Source: Phycisphaerales bacterium (GTDB lineage Bacteria > Planctomycetota > Phycisphaerae > Phycisphaerales > UBA1924). From it: 64,000 nucleotides of DNA. The position numbers and the translations under genes were made by a program. The notes under the pieces were generated by a model that made no database searches, was not told where the DNA came from, and saw only the letters and a program-made list of their open reading frames with translations. Positions 10,986 to 19,917 of the stretch are shown here, in pieces (positions within the stretch are counted from its first letter, which is position 1; the number at the start of each line of letters is the position of its first letter). Location of the stretch: positions 945,694 through 1,009,693 of the forward strand of contig OZ245745.1 in NCBI GenBank assembly GCA_965227605.1, written 5' to 3'.

Positions 10986-11958
10986 CGGCCTCCGTCAACT
11001 GCCGCCCACGCCGCGTCCGCGCCAGGAACCCAATTTGCAACAAAAACGGTTCCACCACGTCTTCCAGTGTGCCGGAGTCTTCGCCCATGGTGGCGGCGAT
11101 GGCTTCGAGGCCGACGGGGCCGCCGTCGTAGACGGTGGCGATGGCTTTGAGGTACTTGCGGTCGAGTTCGTCGAGGCCGAGGGGGTCGACGCCTTCTAAG
11201 GCGAGGGCTTCTTCGACGCAGGCGGTGGTGACGCGGCCGTCCATGCGTACCTGGGCGTAGTCGCGGACGCGCCTTAGGAGGCGGTTGGCGATGCGGGGGG
11301 TGCCGCGGGAGCGGGCGGCGATGAGGTCGAGGGCCGCGTCGTCGTCGATGGTCATGTCGAGGAGGCGGGCGGAGCGGGTGACGATGGTGAGGAGTTCTTC
11401 GGGTGAGTAGAAGGCGAGGTTGTGGGAGACGCCGAAGCGGGAGCGGAGGGGGGCGGAGACCATGCCCGCGCGGGTGGTGGCGCCGATGACGGTGAAGGGT
11501 TTGAGCTCGATGGAGACGGTGCGCCCGTGCATGCCTGAGTCGACGGTGATGTCGATGCGGTGGTCTTCCATGGCGGGGTAGATGAACTCTTCGACGGCGG
11601 GGGGCATGCGGTGGATCTCATCGATGAAGAGGAGGTCGGCGTTTTCGAGGCGTGTGAGGGCGCCGACGAGGTCGGCGCCGCGGGTGAGGGCGGGGCCGCT
11701 GGTGACGTGGGCGCGGGAGCCCATCTCGGCGGCGAGGACGTGGGCGAGTGTGGTCTTGCCGAGGCCGGGGGGCCCGTGGAGGAGGGTGTGCTCCATGGGT
11801 TCGGTGCGGGCGCGGGCGGCCTCGGCGGCGATGGAGAGGCGCTCGAGGAGCTCGGCCTGGCCCACGAAGTCGTCGAAGCGCTCGGGGCGGAGGGACCAGT
11901 TGACGCGTTCGTCGGTCTCGGAGACGGCGGCGGCGCTGATGATGCGTTCGGTGGCCAT
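10966..11958 (-). CDS. ruvB: Holliday junction branch migration helicase RuvB
   Basis: LLHGPPGLGKTTLAHVLAAEMG (Walker A) and LFIDEIHRMPPAVEEFIYPAMED (Walker B/sensor), typical RuvB. The start is set at MATERII (residue 24 of ORF 10966..12027). The last codons (ASCNI) are AT-rich and may derive from the adjacent insertion. Confidence 0.9.
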   Translation of the reverse strand: MATERIISAAAVSETDERVNWSLRPERFDDFVGQAELLERLSIAAEAARARTEPMEHTLLHGPPGLGKTTLAHVLAAEMGSRAHVTSGPALTRGADLVGALTRLENADLLFIDEIHRMPPAVEEFIYPAMEDHRIDITVDSGMHGRTVSIELKPFTVIGATTRAGMVSAPLRSRFGVSHNLAFYSPEELLTIVTRSARLLDMTIDDDAALDLIAARSRGTPRIANRLLRRVRDYAQVRMDGRVTTACVEEALALEGVDPLGLDELDRKYLKAIATVYDGGPVGLEAIAATMGEDSGTLEDVVEPFLLQIGFLARTRRGRQLTEAGASCNI

Positions 11959-12072
11959 GGTGTTGGATTGTATCGGGTGGGGGAGGGATGTTTGGGGAGT
12001 AGATGGGGTAGGTGGGGAGGCGGACACTGACAGCGAGCTGCCAGTGGCACCCTTGTGGGTTCGCTTGCTTTT

Positions 12073-12441
12073 TTAGTCCATCCAGACGTCGGTGACGGTG
12101 GCGCTGGCCATCTGGACGTAGAGGGTGCGGACGGTGCCGTTGGAGTTGTTGCGTGCGTGGAGGCGGTAGGAGCCGCCGACCATCTGGTAGCGGTACTTCC
12201 AGACTTCCTGGAGGGGGTCGTCGAGGGGTTCGACGTCGGTGGCGGGGCCGAGGACGGCTTCGAGCCAGTCGGCGGTGGTTTCGCCGGGCTTGATGCGGTC
12301 GATGGTTTTCTGGCCGACGAGTCGGGCGTCGGGGGGGAGGAAGCCGAAGCGTCGGTTGTTGGAGGATTTGCAGGCGGTGAGCGTCGCGCCGGCGATGGCG
12401 AGCGTGAGTGTGCAGGCGGTGATTTTGTAGGCGTGGCGCAT
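12073..12441 (-). CDS. Lipoprotein, BamE/SmpA-OmlA-like
   Basis: Signal peptide with lipobox LTAC. The mature region IKPGETTADWLEAVLGPAT...W.Y resembles the BamE fold pattern. Small (122 aa). Confidence 0.45.
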   Translation of the reverse strand: MRHAYKITACTLTLAIAGATLTACKSSNNRRFGFLPPDARLVGQKTIDRIKPGETTADWLEAVLGPATDVEPLDDPLQEVWKYRYQMVGGSYRLHARNNSNGTVRTLYVQMASATVTDVWMD

Positions 12442-12478
12442 CGTGACGATCTCCGGCGGGCGCGCAACACGCCCGTGG

Positions 12479-13057
12479 TCAATCGTCGGTTGGGGCGTCG
12501 GCGTTGCTGGAATCTTGCTGGAGCTGGGCGAAGAGGTGGTCGAGGCGGCGGAGGCGTTCGGCCTCGTGGCGCCAGGCGTTGGGGGCGGCGCTGGTGAGGG
12601 AGCGCGGGGCGGGTGGTTCGGCGGGGGCTTGGGCTTCGATGCGGTTGCTGACGCGGAGCGATGAGGTGTGGGGCGCGGGCGCGCCGGCGGCGCTCATGAG
12701 AGAGCGCGGGCCGCGGTTGAAGGTGGCGAGGAGGGAGTCGGACGGGGGGCCGATGGAGTAGATGGTTCCGGCGGGGGGGACGGCGAGGTCGCCGAAGCGG
12801 GTGGGGATGTACTCGGAGCGCTCGAAGAGAGCGTGGAGGGCGCCGTTGCGGCGCATGAGGACGCCTTCTGTTCCGGGGACGCGGTAGACGGTGTCGAAGG
12901 CGGCGGGCTGGCGGAGTTCGTGGTTGTACTGCTCGAGGGAGGTGGCGAGGGGGGAGACGTCTTCGTAGCCCTGTTCGATGCGCTCGAGGGCGGGGTCGCT
13001 TTGCGCGAGTGATGCGCTTGCGGCGAGGGCGGTCAGGATGAGTGCGGTGAAGCGCAT
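12479..13057 (-). CDS. Hypothetical secreted protein
   Basis: N-terminal signal peptide MRFTALILTALAASASLAQ. No recognisable motif. Same strand as tonB, directly downstream of it. Confidence 0.5.
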   Translation of the reverse strand: MRFTALILTALAASASLAQSDPALERIEQGYEDVSPLATSLEQYNHELRQPAAFDTVYRVPGTEGVLMRRNGALHALFERSEYIPTRFGDLAVPPAGTIYSIGPPSDSLLATFNRGPRSLMSAAGAPAPHTSSLRVSNRIEAQAPAEPPAPRSLTSAAPNAWRHEAERLRRLDHLFAQLQQDSSNADAPTDD

Positions 13058-13075
13058 GGCATGAGTATCGGCAGG

Positions 13076-13915
13076 TTAGAGGTGGACGATGATGCGCAGG
13101 CGGACCTTGACGGTTTCGTTCGGGGCGAGGGCGTCGATGCGCTGGCCGCGGGCGCGCCAGCGGTAGATGACGTCGAGGTAGGGGCGGTCGATGTCGGGGT
13201 TGCCGGAGGAAGCCAGTCGTTTGACAGCGTGAACGCCCCCGTCGGGGTTGAAAGCGATCTCGACGAAGAGGGGTTTGGGTCGTGCGGTGACGGCGGTGTA
13301 GGCGCTGAAGTCGGGGCCCTTGCGGGTGGTGAGGATTTCGAGGCCTTCGGCGGCGATGGGTTTGCCCCACTGGATTTTGATGGGCTCTTCGATGGAGAAG
13401 GCGTCGGACTCGCGCTCGGCGTTGCCGGGGTTGGGCGCGGGCTCGGGGGCGGGTTGGGCGGCGGCGGTTTCGGTTGGTTGGGGTTGTGGTTCGGGCTGGG
13501 GCTCTTCGGCGGGGACGTCGCTGGTGGTGAGGTCAATTTGCTGGAGGGCGCGGAGGGCGGCGCTAAGCGCGGTGGCGGCGGTTTGGCTGGCGGCTTCGGC
13601 GCGGCGGGTGAGCTGTTCGAAGGCGGCGCGGGTGGCGGGGCTGCCACCGCCGGTTTGCTGGGCGGCCTGCTCGAGGGTGGACTGGCGGGCCTGCTGTTCG
13701 ACGGGTTCCCGGAAGCCGATCCAGGTGATGGTGGGGGCGGCGGAGTCGCGGATGCCGAGGGGGGTGCGGTCGGCGGGTGGCGGGGGGATGGCGGCGGCTG
13801 AGGTGGTGTTTTCCCAAGCGATAGCGCCGACTGCCAGAGCGTGGAGAATCACGCTTAGCGCGGCTGCAACGGCGATTCTGGCCTCGAAACCGTGCTCGCG
13901 GTCGGGGTCCGGCAT
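13076..13915 (-). CDS. tonB: TonB family energy transducer
   Basis: N-terminal TM segment (IAVAAALSVILHALAVGAIAW). Central Pro/Glu/Gln-rich spacer (PEPQPQPTETAAAQPAPEPAPNPG). C-terminal ~90-aa TonB-C-like domain. Confidence 0.6.
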   Translation of the reverse strand: MPDPDREHGFEARIAVAAALSVILHALAVGAIAWENTTSAAAIPPPPADRTPLGIRDSAAPTITWIGFREPVEQQARQSTLEQAAQQTGGGSPATRAAFEQLTRRAEAASQTAATALSAALRALQQIDLTTSDVPAEEPQPEPQPQPTETAAAQPAPEPAPNPGNAERESDAFSIEEPIKIQWGKPIAAEGLEILTTRKGPDFSAYTAVTARPKPLFVEIAFNPDGGVHAVKRLASSGNPDIDRPYLDVIYRWRARGQRIDALAPNETVKVRLRIIVHL

Positions 13916-14031
13916 GTCCGGATGATAGGCTTGGGTGGAACAAACCGCAGCACGGACCCGTTGATGCTGTAGACGGACGAGACGAAACGACCGCGCGGAC
14001 GCCGCGCGACCACCCGAAAGGACCCTCCCAC

Positions 14032-15096
14032 ATGTTCAACACGATTCTTCCCGCCGCCGCTGTGATCTCGATGAGCGCGGCCGCCTTTGGCCAGACGCTC
14101 TCGCTGGGCGACGACATGCCCGCGATCGGCGAGGACGCCGTGTGGCTGCAGGGCAGCCCGGTGACGGACTGGGAGCCCGGGCAGGTGTATGTGATCGACT
14201 TCTGGGCGACGTGGTGCGGTCCCTGCATCAGCAGCATCCCGCACATCAACGAGCTGTCGAAGGAGTACGCCGACGAGGGCGTGAACGTGATCGGCATGGC
14301 CATCTGGCCCCGCCCCGGCATGACGCCCACGGGCGACTTTGTCGAGGAGAAGGGCGAGGACATGGGGTACCTGATCGCCGAGGACATCGACGGCAAGCTG
14401 GCCGAGCGCTACATGAGCGCGACCAACTCCAACGGCATCCCGACGATCATGATCGTGAACCGTGAAGGGCAGCTGGTCTGGAAGGGCCACCCGATGATGG
14501 GCTTCGACGAGGCGCTCGAGAGCGTGGTCGATGGGACGTTTGATATTCAGGACGCGATCCGGGCGCAGGAACTTGAGAAGCAGGCGGACGGGTTCCTGAT
14601 GGATGCGCAGAAGAGCGCCGGCGCGGGCGACTGGGACGGCGCGGTCAGCAAGCTCAAGAGCGTGGCGGCGATCGATGGCTACAACCAGGCGGCGTACTAC
14701 GGCATGGTGGCGTTCCAGGTGCAGGCGCAGGAAGGCCAGGGGAACAACCCCGAGGCGGCGTACGCGTACGGACGCGACCTGATGACTCGTTTCTCAGATG
14801 ACGAGATGATCTTCTCGTACATGGCGCAGTTCGTCGCTGAGGGTCCGATCGCCGAGGGTTCGCGCGACTTGGACTTTGCGTACAAGGCCGCAAAGCAGGG
14901 CGTGAAGAACGCCGGCGAGGGTGAGTTCTTCCCGTACGCGGCGCTGGGCAGCGTGTACCACGCGCAGGGCGCGTACGACAAGGCGATCGAGGTGCAGATG
15001 AAGGCGATCTCGATCGCGACCGCTGAGAACGAGCCCGAGGCGGTGAAGCAGCTCGAGGCGGCGCTTGACGAGTACAAGTCACACGCGACGAACTGA
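14032..15096 (+). CDS. Secreted thiol:disulfide oxidoreductase (TlpA/ResA-like thioredoxin fold) with C-terminal TPR-like helical domain
   Basis: Signal peptide. Thioredoxin active site FWATWCGPC. Alpha-helical repeat C-terminal half. Confidence 0.75.
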   Translation: MFNTILPAAAVISMSAAAFGQTLSLGDDMPAIGEDAVWLQGSPVTDWEPGQVYVIDFWATWCGPCISSIPHINELSKEYADEGVNVIGMAIWPRPGMTPTGDFVEEKGEDMGYLIAEDIDGKLAERYMSATNSNGIPTIMIVNREGQLVWKGHPMMGFDEALESVVDGTFDIQDAIRAQELEKQADGFLMDAQKSAGAGDWDGAVSKLKSVAAIDGYNQAAYYGMVAFQVQAQEGQGNNPEAAYAYGRDLMTRFSDDEMIFSYMAQFVAEGPIAEGSRDLDFAYKAAKQGVKNAGEGEFFPYAALGSVYHAQGAYDKAIEVQMKAISIATAENEPEAVKQLEAALDEYKSHATN

Positions 15097-15118
15097 TACG
15101 CACGCAAATGCGACATCA

Positions 15119-15149
15119 GAGCCCGGCCATTGCAATGGCTGGGCTTTTT
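15119..15149 (+). terminator. Rho-independent terminator (AGCCCGGCCATTGC/GCAATGGCTGGGCT plus T6)
   Basis: 14-bp stem with one G-U pair, followed by TTTTTT, 25 nt after the stop of 14032..15096. Sequence homolog of the rpoD terminator. Confidence 0.65.
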
Positions 15150-15161
15150 TCATGCGCGGGT

Positions 15162-15575
15162 TCAGTCTTCGGGGCGTCCGATGACGCCGACGTCTTTCAC
15201 GCCCGCGCCGGCGAGGGCGTCGAGGACTTGGAGCAGCGCGGCGCTGGGGGCCTCGGAGTCGGCGGCGACGAGGACGCGCTTGTCGCCCTGGGCGAGTTCG
15301 AGGACGCGGTCGGGGAGTTCGGCTTCGCTGACGGGCTCTGAGTTGACGCGGACGGAGCCGTCGGCGAGGACGGTGACGGCGACGACCTCGGCGCGGCTGG
15401 CGGGCTCGCCCGCGCTCACGGAGGGGAGGGTGATGTCGAGGGCGTCGGCGCGGACCATGAGGGCGACGGAGAAGATGAAGAAGGTGAGGAGGAGGAAGAC
15501 GACGTCGATGAGGGGCATGATCTCGAGGCGGGGCTCGCCCGGGTCGTCGTCCACGAGTCGTCTTCCGGCGGGCAT
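15162..15575 (-). CDS. exbD: Biopolymer transport protein ExbD/TolR
   Basis: 137 aa with ExbD topology (PLIDVVFLLLTFFIFSVALM TM followed by a periplasmic domain). Start taken at MPAGRR. ORF 15162..16352 is over-extended antisense to trpE. Confidence 0.75.
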   Translation of the reverse strand: MPAGRRLVDDDPGEPRLEIMPLIDVVFLLLTFFIFSVALMVRADALDITLPSVSAGEPASRAEVVAVTVLADGSVRVNSEPVSEAELPDRVLELAQGDKRVLVAADSEAPSAALLQVLDALAGAGVKDVGVIGRPED

Positions 15576-15614
15576 GGGCACACGATAGACGAGGGCGGCG
15601 GTAGGATCGCGCTC

Positions 15615-17189
15615 GTGCTGACGATCACGCGTGATGAGTTTGTGGAGCTGGCCCGGTCGGCGTCCGGGGAGCGGGCGGCGATCCCGGTGTGCGTGCGGCT
15701 TTTGAGCGATCAGCTGACGCCTGTGCTGGCCTACCGGCGGCTGGTGGCGGCGGACGAGCGGACGGCGCCGTCGTTTTTGCTGGAGTCGGTCGAGGGGGGG
15801 GAGACGCAGGGGCGGCATTCGATTCTTGGTGCGCGGCCGGCGGTGGAGGTGGTGGCGAAGGAGCGGCGCGTGAGCGTCGAGAACCACCGCACGGGGGAGC
15901 GCGAGACGCGGGATGTGGACGACCCGCTCGGGGTGGTGCGTGGTCTGACGGCGGGGGTGCGGTTTTTGAGGCCCGAGGGGTCGCGGCTGCCGGCGGCGCC
16001 GCTCGGGGGGTGGTTCGGCTACGCGGCGTACGACACGGTGCGGTACGCGGAGGGTGGGAAGCTGCCCTTCGCGAGCGCACCGGTGGATGACCGCGAGCTG
16101 CCTGATCTGCACTTTGCGCTGTACGACCGGGTGGCGGTGTTCGATCACGTTGAGAAAGTCGTGTACGCGGTGGTGGTGGCGACGGTCGAGCCCGGCGGGG
16201 ACGCTGGGACTGCTTTTGATGACGCGGCGCGCCGGGCGGAGTCGCTGGCGGCGGAGCTGGAAGCGCCCGGCGCGCCCTTGCCCAGCGGGCGTGTCGGGAG
16301 CGCGGCGGAGTACCCGGCGGAGATGGCATCGAACCTGACGCGCGGGGCGCACGCCGAGATGGTGGCGCGGGCGCAGGAGTACATCCGGGCGGGGGACATC
16401 TTCCAGGTGGTGCTCGGGCAGCGGTTTGAGAAGCGGAGCGCGGTGGATCCGTTTGAGACGTACAGAGCATTACGAGCGGTGAACCCGAGCCCGTACATGG
16501 TGTATCTGCAGGCGCGGGGGTGCATTCTGGCGGCGTCGAGCCCGGAGATTTTGTGCCGAGTGCGCAGCGGGGAGAACGGCGCGGTGGTGACGAACCGTCC
16601 GCTGGCGGGGACGCGTCGGCGCGGGTCGGACGCCAGTGAGGACGCGGCGCTTGAGGTTGAGCTTCTGGCTGATCCGAAGGAACGAGCTGAGCACGCGATG
16701 CTGGTTGATCTTGGGCGCAATGATGTGGGCAAGGTGGCACGGGCGGGGAGTGTGGCGACGCCGGCGCTCATGGAGATCGAGCGGTACAGCCACGTGATGC
16801 ACATCAGCTCGACGGTGACGGGGGCGTTGCGGGAGGGTCTGGATATGTGGGACGCGCTGCGGGCGGCGCTGCCTGTGGGGACGATCTCGGGGGCGCCGAA
16901 GATCCGAGCGATGCAGATCATCGACGAGTTGGAGCCGGTGCGGCGCGGGCCGTACGGCGGGGGTGTGGGGTACGCGTCGCTGGAGGGTGACATGGACATC
17001 GCGCTGACGCTGCGGACGATCGTGGTCCCGACGGCGATGCGCGAGGGGGGGGAGTGGGTGTATCACATCCAGGCGGCGGGGGGGATTGTGGCGGACTCGC
17101 AGGCCGGTCCGGAGTTTGAGGAGACGGTGAACAAGGCGGCGGCCTTGGCGCGGGCGGTGGAGCTGGCGGAGCGGGCGTTTTCGGTGTGA
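15615..17189 (+). CDS. trpE: Anthranilate synthase component I
   Basis: 524 aa. Chorismate-binding family motifs (LRTIVVPT...AGGGIVADSQ, GAPKIRAMQIIDELEP, RGPYGGGVGY). Confidence 0.9.
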   Translation: MLTITRDEFVELARSASGERAAIPVCVRLLSDQLTPVLAYRRLVAADERTAPSFLLESVEGGETQGRHSILGARPAVEVVAKERRVSVENHRTGERETRDVDDPLGVVRGLTAGVRFLRPEGSRLPAAPLGGWFGYAAYDTVRYAEGGKLPFASAPVDDRELPDLHFALYDRVAVFDHVEKVVYAVVVATVEPGGDAGTAFDDAARRAESLAAELEAPGAPLPSGRVGSAAEYPAEMASNLTRGAHAEMVARAQEYIRAGDIFQVVLGQRFEKRSAVDPFETYRALRAVNPSPYMVYLQARGCILAASSPEILCRVRSGENGAVVTNRPLAGTRRRGSDASEDAALEVELLADPKERAEHAMLVDLGRNDVGKVARAGSVATPALMEIERYSHVMHISSTVTGALREGLDMWDALRAALPVGTISGAPKIRAMQIIDELEPVRRGPYGGGVGYASLEGDMDIALTLRTIVVPTAMREGGEWVYHIQAAGGIVADSQAGPEFEETVNKAAALARAVELAERAFSV

Positions 17190-17219
17190 AACGCACCCTG
17201 GCGCGGGTATGATCGGGGC

Positions 17220-17564
17220 ATGAGCGACACCTCACTCCTGCCGATGCCCGCGACCGAAGAGAAGACCGAGCAGCCGTGGCTGTGGAACGTGGTGCTTCTC
17301 GATGATGACGAGCACTCGTATGAGTATGTGATCACGCTGGCGCAGGAGCTTTTCGCGCACCCTCTTGAGCGGGCGTTCCAGATCGCCCAGACGGTGGACA
17401 GCGAGGGGCGGGCGGTGTTGAAGACGACGCACCGGGAGCTGGCGGAATTGAAGCGGGAGCAGGTGATCGGGTTCGGGCGCGACTTGTTGGTGTCGTCCTC
17501 GACGGGGCCGATGCGGGTGGTGCTGGAGCCGGCGGAGTGTGATTCGGATGACGGCGAGGGGTGA
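17220..17564 (+). CDS. clpS: ATP-dependent Clp protease adaptor ClpS
   Basis: 114 aa. The core WNVVLLDDDEHSYEYVITLAQELF matches the ClpS signature (YxVxLxNDDxxxxxxVI). Confidence 0.85.
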   Translation: MSDTSLLPMPATEEKTEQPWLWNVVLLDDDEHSYEYVITLAQELFAHPLERAFQIAQTVDSEGRAVLKTTHRELAELKREQVIGFGRDLLVSSSTGPMRVVLEPAECDSDDGEG

Positions 17565-18473
17565 GTGACGCGGGCGCGGGTGGTCGTTGCTGAGCCGCTG
17601 CACCCGGCGGCGCTGGCGTGGCTGCGGGAGCGGGCGGAGGTTGTCGAGGGTGCATCAGACGAGGCGCTGCGCGGAGCCGATGGGCTGATCGTGCGGACGT
17701 ACACGCGGGTTGATTCGGCGCGGCTTGAGAAAGCGCCGGGCCTGCGGGTGGTTGGTCGCGCGGGGGTGGGGCTAGACAATGTTGATGTGGAGGCGTGCGC
17801 GGCGCGGTGTGTGCGGGTGGTGCATACGCCCGAGGCGAACACGGGGGCGGTGGTTGAGTATGTGCTTTCGGCGGTGCTGTCGGCGCTGCGGGCGATCGAG
17901 AGTGTGGGGGCGATGAGCGCAGAGGAGTGGGCGCGTGAGCGGGAGTCGGCGATCGCTGCGAAGGAATTGTCGGAGTGTGTGGTTGGGATCTGGGGGATGG
18001 GGCGGATCGGGAAAGCGGTGGCGGGGGCGTTTGGGCCGTTGGCGCGGGGGGTTGTGTACAACGATCTGCTTGAGATTCCTGAAGCCGATCGGTGCGGGGC
18101 GACGCCTGTTGCGGTGGATGAATTACTCGAACGCGCTGATGTGCTGACTCTTCATGTTGACGGGCGGGAAGCGAACCGAGGGCTGGTTGATGCGGCGGCG
18201 CTGGCGCAGATGAAGAAGGACGCCGTGCTGGTGAACGCAGCCCGGGGGATGGTGGTTGATTCGCACGCGCTGGCTGAGTTCCTGCGGGCGAACAGCGGGG
18301 CATGGGCGGTTTTGGATGTGCATGAAGTAGAGCCGATCGCGCAAGAGAATCCATTGTTGGGCTTGAAGAACGCGACGCTGACGGCGCACGTGGGCGCGGC
18401 GACGGCGCGGGCGAAAGAGGCGATGAGTTGGGTGGTGAAGGATGTGTGGAAAGAGCTTCAGGAGAAGGGGTAG
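17565..18473 (+). CDS. D-isomer-specific 2-hydroxyacid dehydrogenase family protein (NAD-binding)
   Basis: GxGxxG Rossmann (GIWGMGRIGKAV). Catalytic-domain motif VLVNAARGMVVD. The GTG start immediately follows the clpS stop, suggesting coupling. Confidence 0.75.
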   Translation: MTRARVVVAEPLHPAALAWLRERAEVVEGASDEALRGADGLIVRTYTRVDSARLEKAPGLRVVGRAGVGLDNVDVEACAARCVRVVHTPEANTGAVVEYVLSAVLSALRAIESVGAMSAEEWARERESAIAAKELSECVVGIWGMGRIGKAVAGAFGPLARGVVYNDLLEIPEADRCGATPVAVDELLERADVLTLHVDGREANRGLVDAAALAQMKKDAVLVNAARGMVVDSHALAEFLRANSGAWAVLDVHEVEPIAQENPLLGLKNATLTAHVGAATARAKEAMSWVVKDVWKELQEKG

Positions 18474-18520
18474 CCCCTCACCCCGGCCCTCTCGGCTGCT
18501 TTGGGTTTGGGGGAGAGGAA
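18473..18520. repeat. GC-rich palindromic intergenic repeat (core GCCCCTCACCCCGGCCCTCTC ... GGGAGAGG), copy 1
   Basis: Shares a 19/20-nt core with 44647..44684. Both copies sit in convergent intergenic gaps. Confidence 0.6.
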
Positions 18521-18537
18521 GGCAGAGGATGCACTGG

Positions 18538-19800
18538 TTAGGAGCAGGGGCCCCAGGTGGCGATGAGGATGGCGAGGTCGGCGGCGTTGGTGTCGCCGTC
18601 GCTGTTGAGGTCGGCGGGGCCGGCGGTTCCCCAGCTCGCTAAGAGCACGGCGAGGTCGGCGGCGTCGACGGTGTTGTTGCCGTCGAGGTCGCCCGCGCAT
18701 GGTGGGGGGTCGAGGTTGATGTCCCAGCCGATGAGGGAGAAGGCGAGGAGGTCGGCGTAGGTGGTGTAGCCGGGGTTGGCGCCTTGGCCCGGGCCGTTGG
18801 GGGAGGACGTGGTCGGGTCCATGACGCCGATGTTGGGTGTGATCTCGAGGAGTACGTCGTCCTTCCAGTGGCTGGCCTGGCGACCGTCGCCGAAGCGGCC
18901 GGTGGAGAAGCGGTAGGTGACATCGAGGGGCGCGGTGACGACGGCGTTGACCTGATCGAGGGCGGCCTCGACATCCTGGCGGGTTTCGCGGGCGACGGTT
19001 GCGTAATCGGCGAGGGTGGCGGGGTCGTTGGCGACGCCGCCGGTCCCGACGCGGAAGACGTCGAGGGCGGTGATGCTGTCGCCTGAGAAGCCGTCGGTGG
19101 AGCTGATGAAGCCGAGCATGTGGCCGATCTCGTGGACCATGACGTAGACGGTGTCGATGAAGCCTTCGGTGAGGCCATCGGAGGGGTCGTTGTCGAAATC
19201 GAAGTCGGTGTTGAAGACGATGGAGGCGTCGGCGAAGTCGGGGTCGGAGGTGTCGACGGGGAAGCCGAGGGCGCGGGCGCAGGCGGTGGTGAGTTCGATG
19301 CCGTCGAAGGAGGCGTCGGAGGTTGAGACGAAGCCGTCGTTGGTCTCGGCGTCGAGGTCCGGGTTGGGGAGGGCGTTGATCAATGTACTCTCGGCGGCGC
19401 CGGCGTCGGCGACGGCGGCGGCGCGGAAGTCGGCGTAGGGGACGTCGATGCGGTTGCTGGACGCGGCGCCGATGAAGCCCGCGTCCGAGACGAAGCCGAC
19501 GTCGATGAAGATGGTGACGTCGTCGCTGATCTGTGATTCCCAGACGTCGGCGGCGAGCTGGAGGGCGGCGACGAACTCGGCGTCGGCGGCGACGTCGGGG
19601 TCGAGGTTGTACTGGATGTCAAGACCGGCGCCGCGGGCGGGGTTTGCCCCGACACGGGTGAGCTCATTGCCCTGGAAGTGGTCGTGGATGAACTCGGCGA
19701 GATCGGGCGAGCAGCCGCTGGAACAGACGAAGGAGTCGTCAGCGAGAGCGGGGGCAGCTGCGAGCGCAGCGACAAGTGCGGCGGCGGTGCGGGTCGTCAT
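18538..19800 (-). CDS. Secreted zinc metallopeptidase-like protein (HEIGH motif) with C-terminal dockerin-like domain
   Basis: Signal peptide MTTRTAAALVAALAAAPALA. HExxH zinc site in VMVHEIGHMLGF. C-terminal DLDGNNTVDAADLAVLLASWG ... DLNSDGDTNAADLAILIATWG. Confidence 0.65.
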   Translation of the reverse strand: MTTRTAAALVAALAAAPALADDSFVCSSGCSPDLAEFIHDHFQGNELTRVGANPARGAGLDIQYNLDPDVAADAEFVAALQLAADVWESQISDDVTIFIDVGFVSDAGFIGAASSNRIDVPYADFRAAAVADAGAAESTLINALPNPDLDAETNDGFVSTSDASFDGIELTTACARALGFPVDTSDPDFADASIVFNTDFDFDNDPSDGLTEGFIDTVYVMVHEIGHMLGFISSTDGFSGDSITALDVFRVGTGGVANDPATLADYATVARETRQDVEAALDQVNAVVTAPLDVTYRFSTGRFGDGRQASHWKDDVLLEITPNIGVMDPTTSSPNGPGQGANPGYTTYADLLAFSLIGWDINLDPPPCAGDLDGNNTVDAADLAVLLASWGTAGPADLNSDGDTNAADLAILIATWGPCS

Positions 19801-19917
19801 GTCTGGTCCTCCACGATGGGGCGCGTCCGATAGGGAGCGCCGGCGACTCTGCCTTCAATCTACGCGAAAAACGGTGTCTGGCTGCATTTTTCTTTGATGT
19901 TGGCGTACGCTCATGGG

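Noticed and set aside
11352-13370. 672-aa Pro/Arg-rich minus-strand ORF spanning ruvB, the lipoprotein and the secreted protein
   Set aside because: Compositionally a GC-frame artefact. Overlaps three well-supported genes in another frame.
15625-16740. 371-aa minus ORF (and 16145..16999, 16470..17066) antisense to trpE
   Set aside because: Pro/Arg/Ala-rich antisense artefacts. trpE is well supported.
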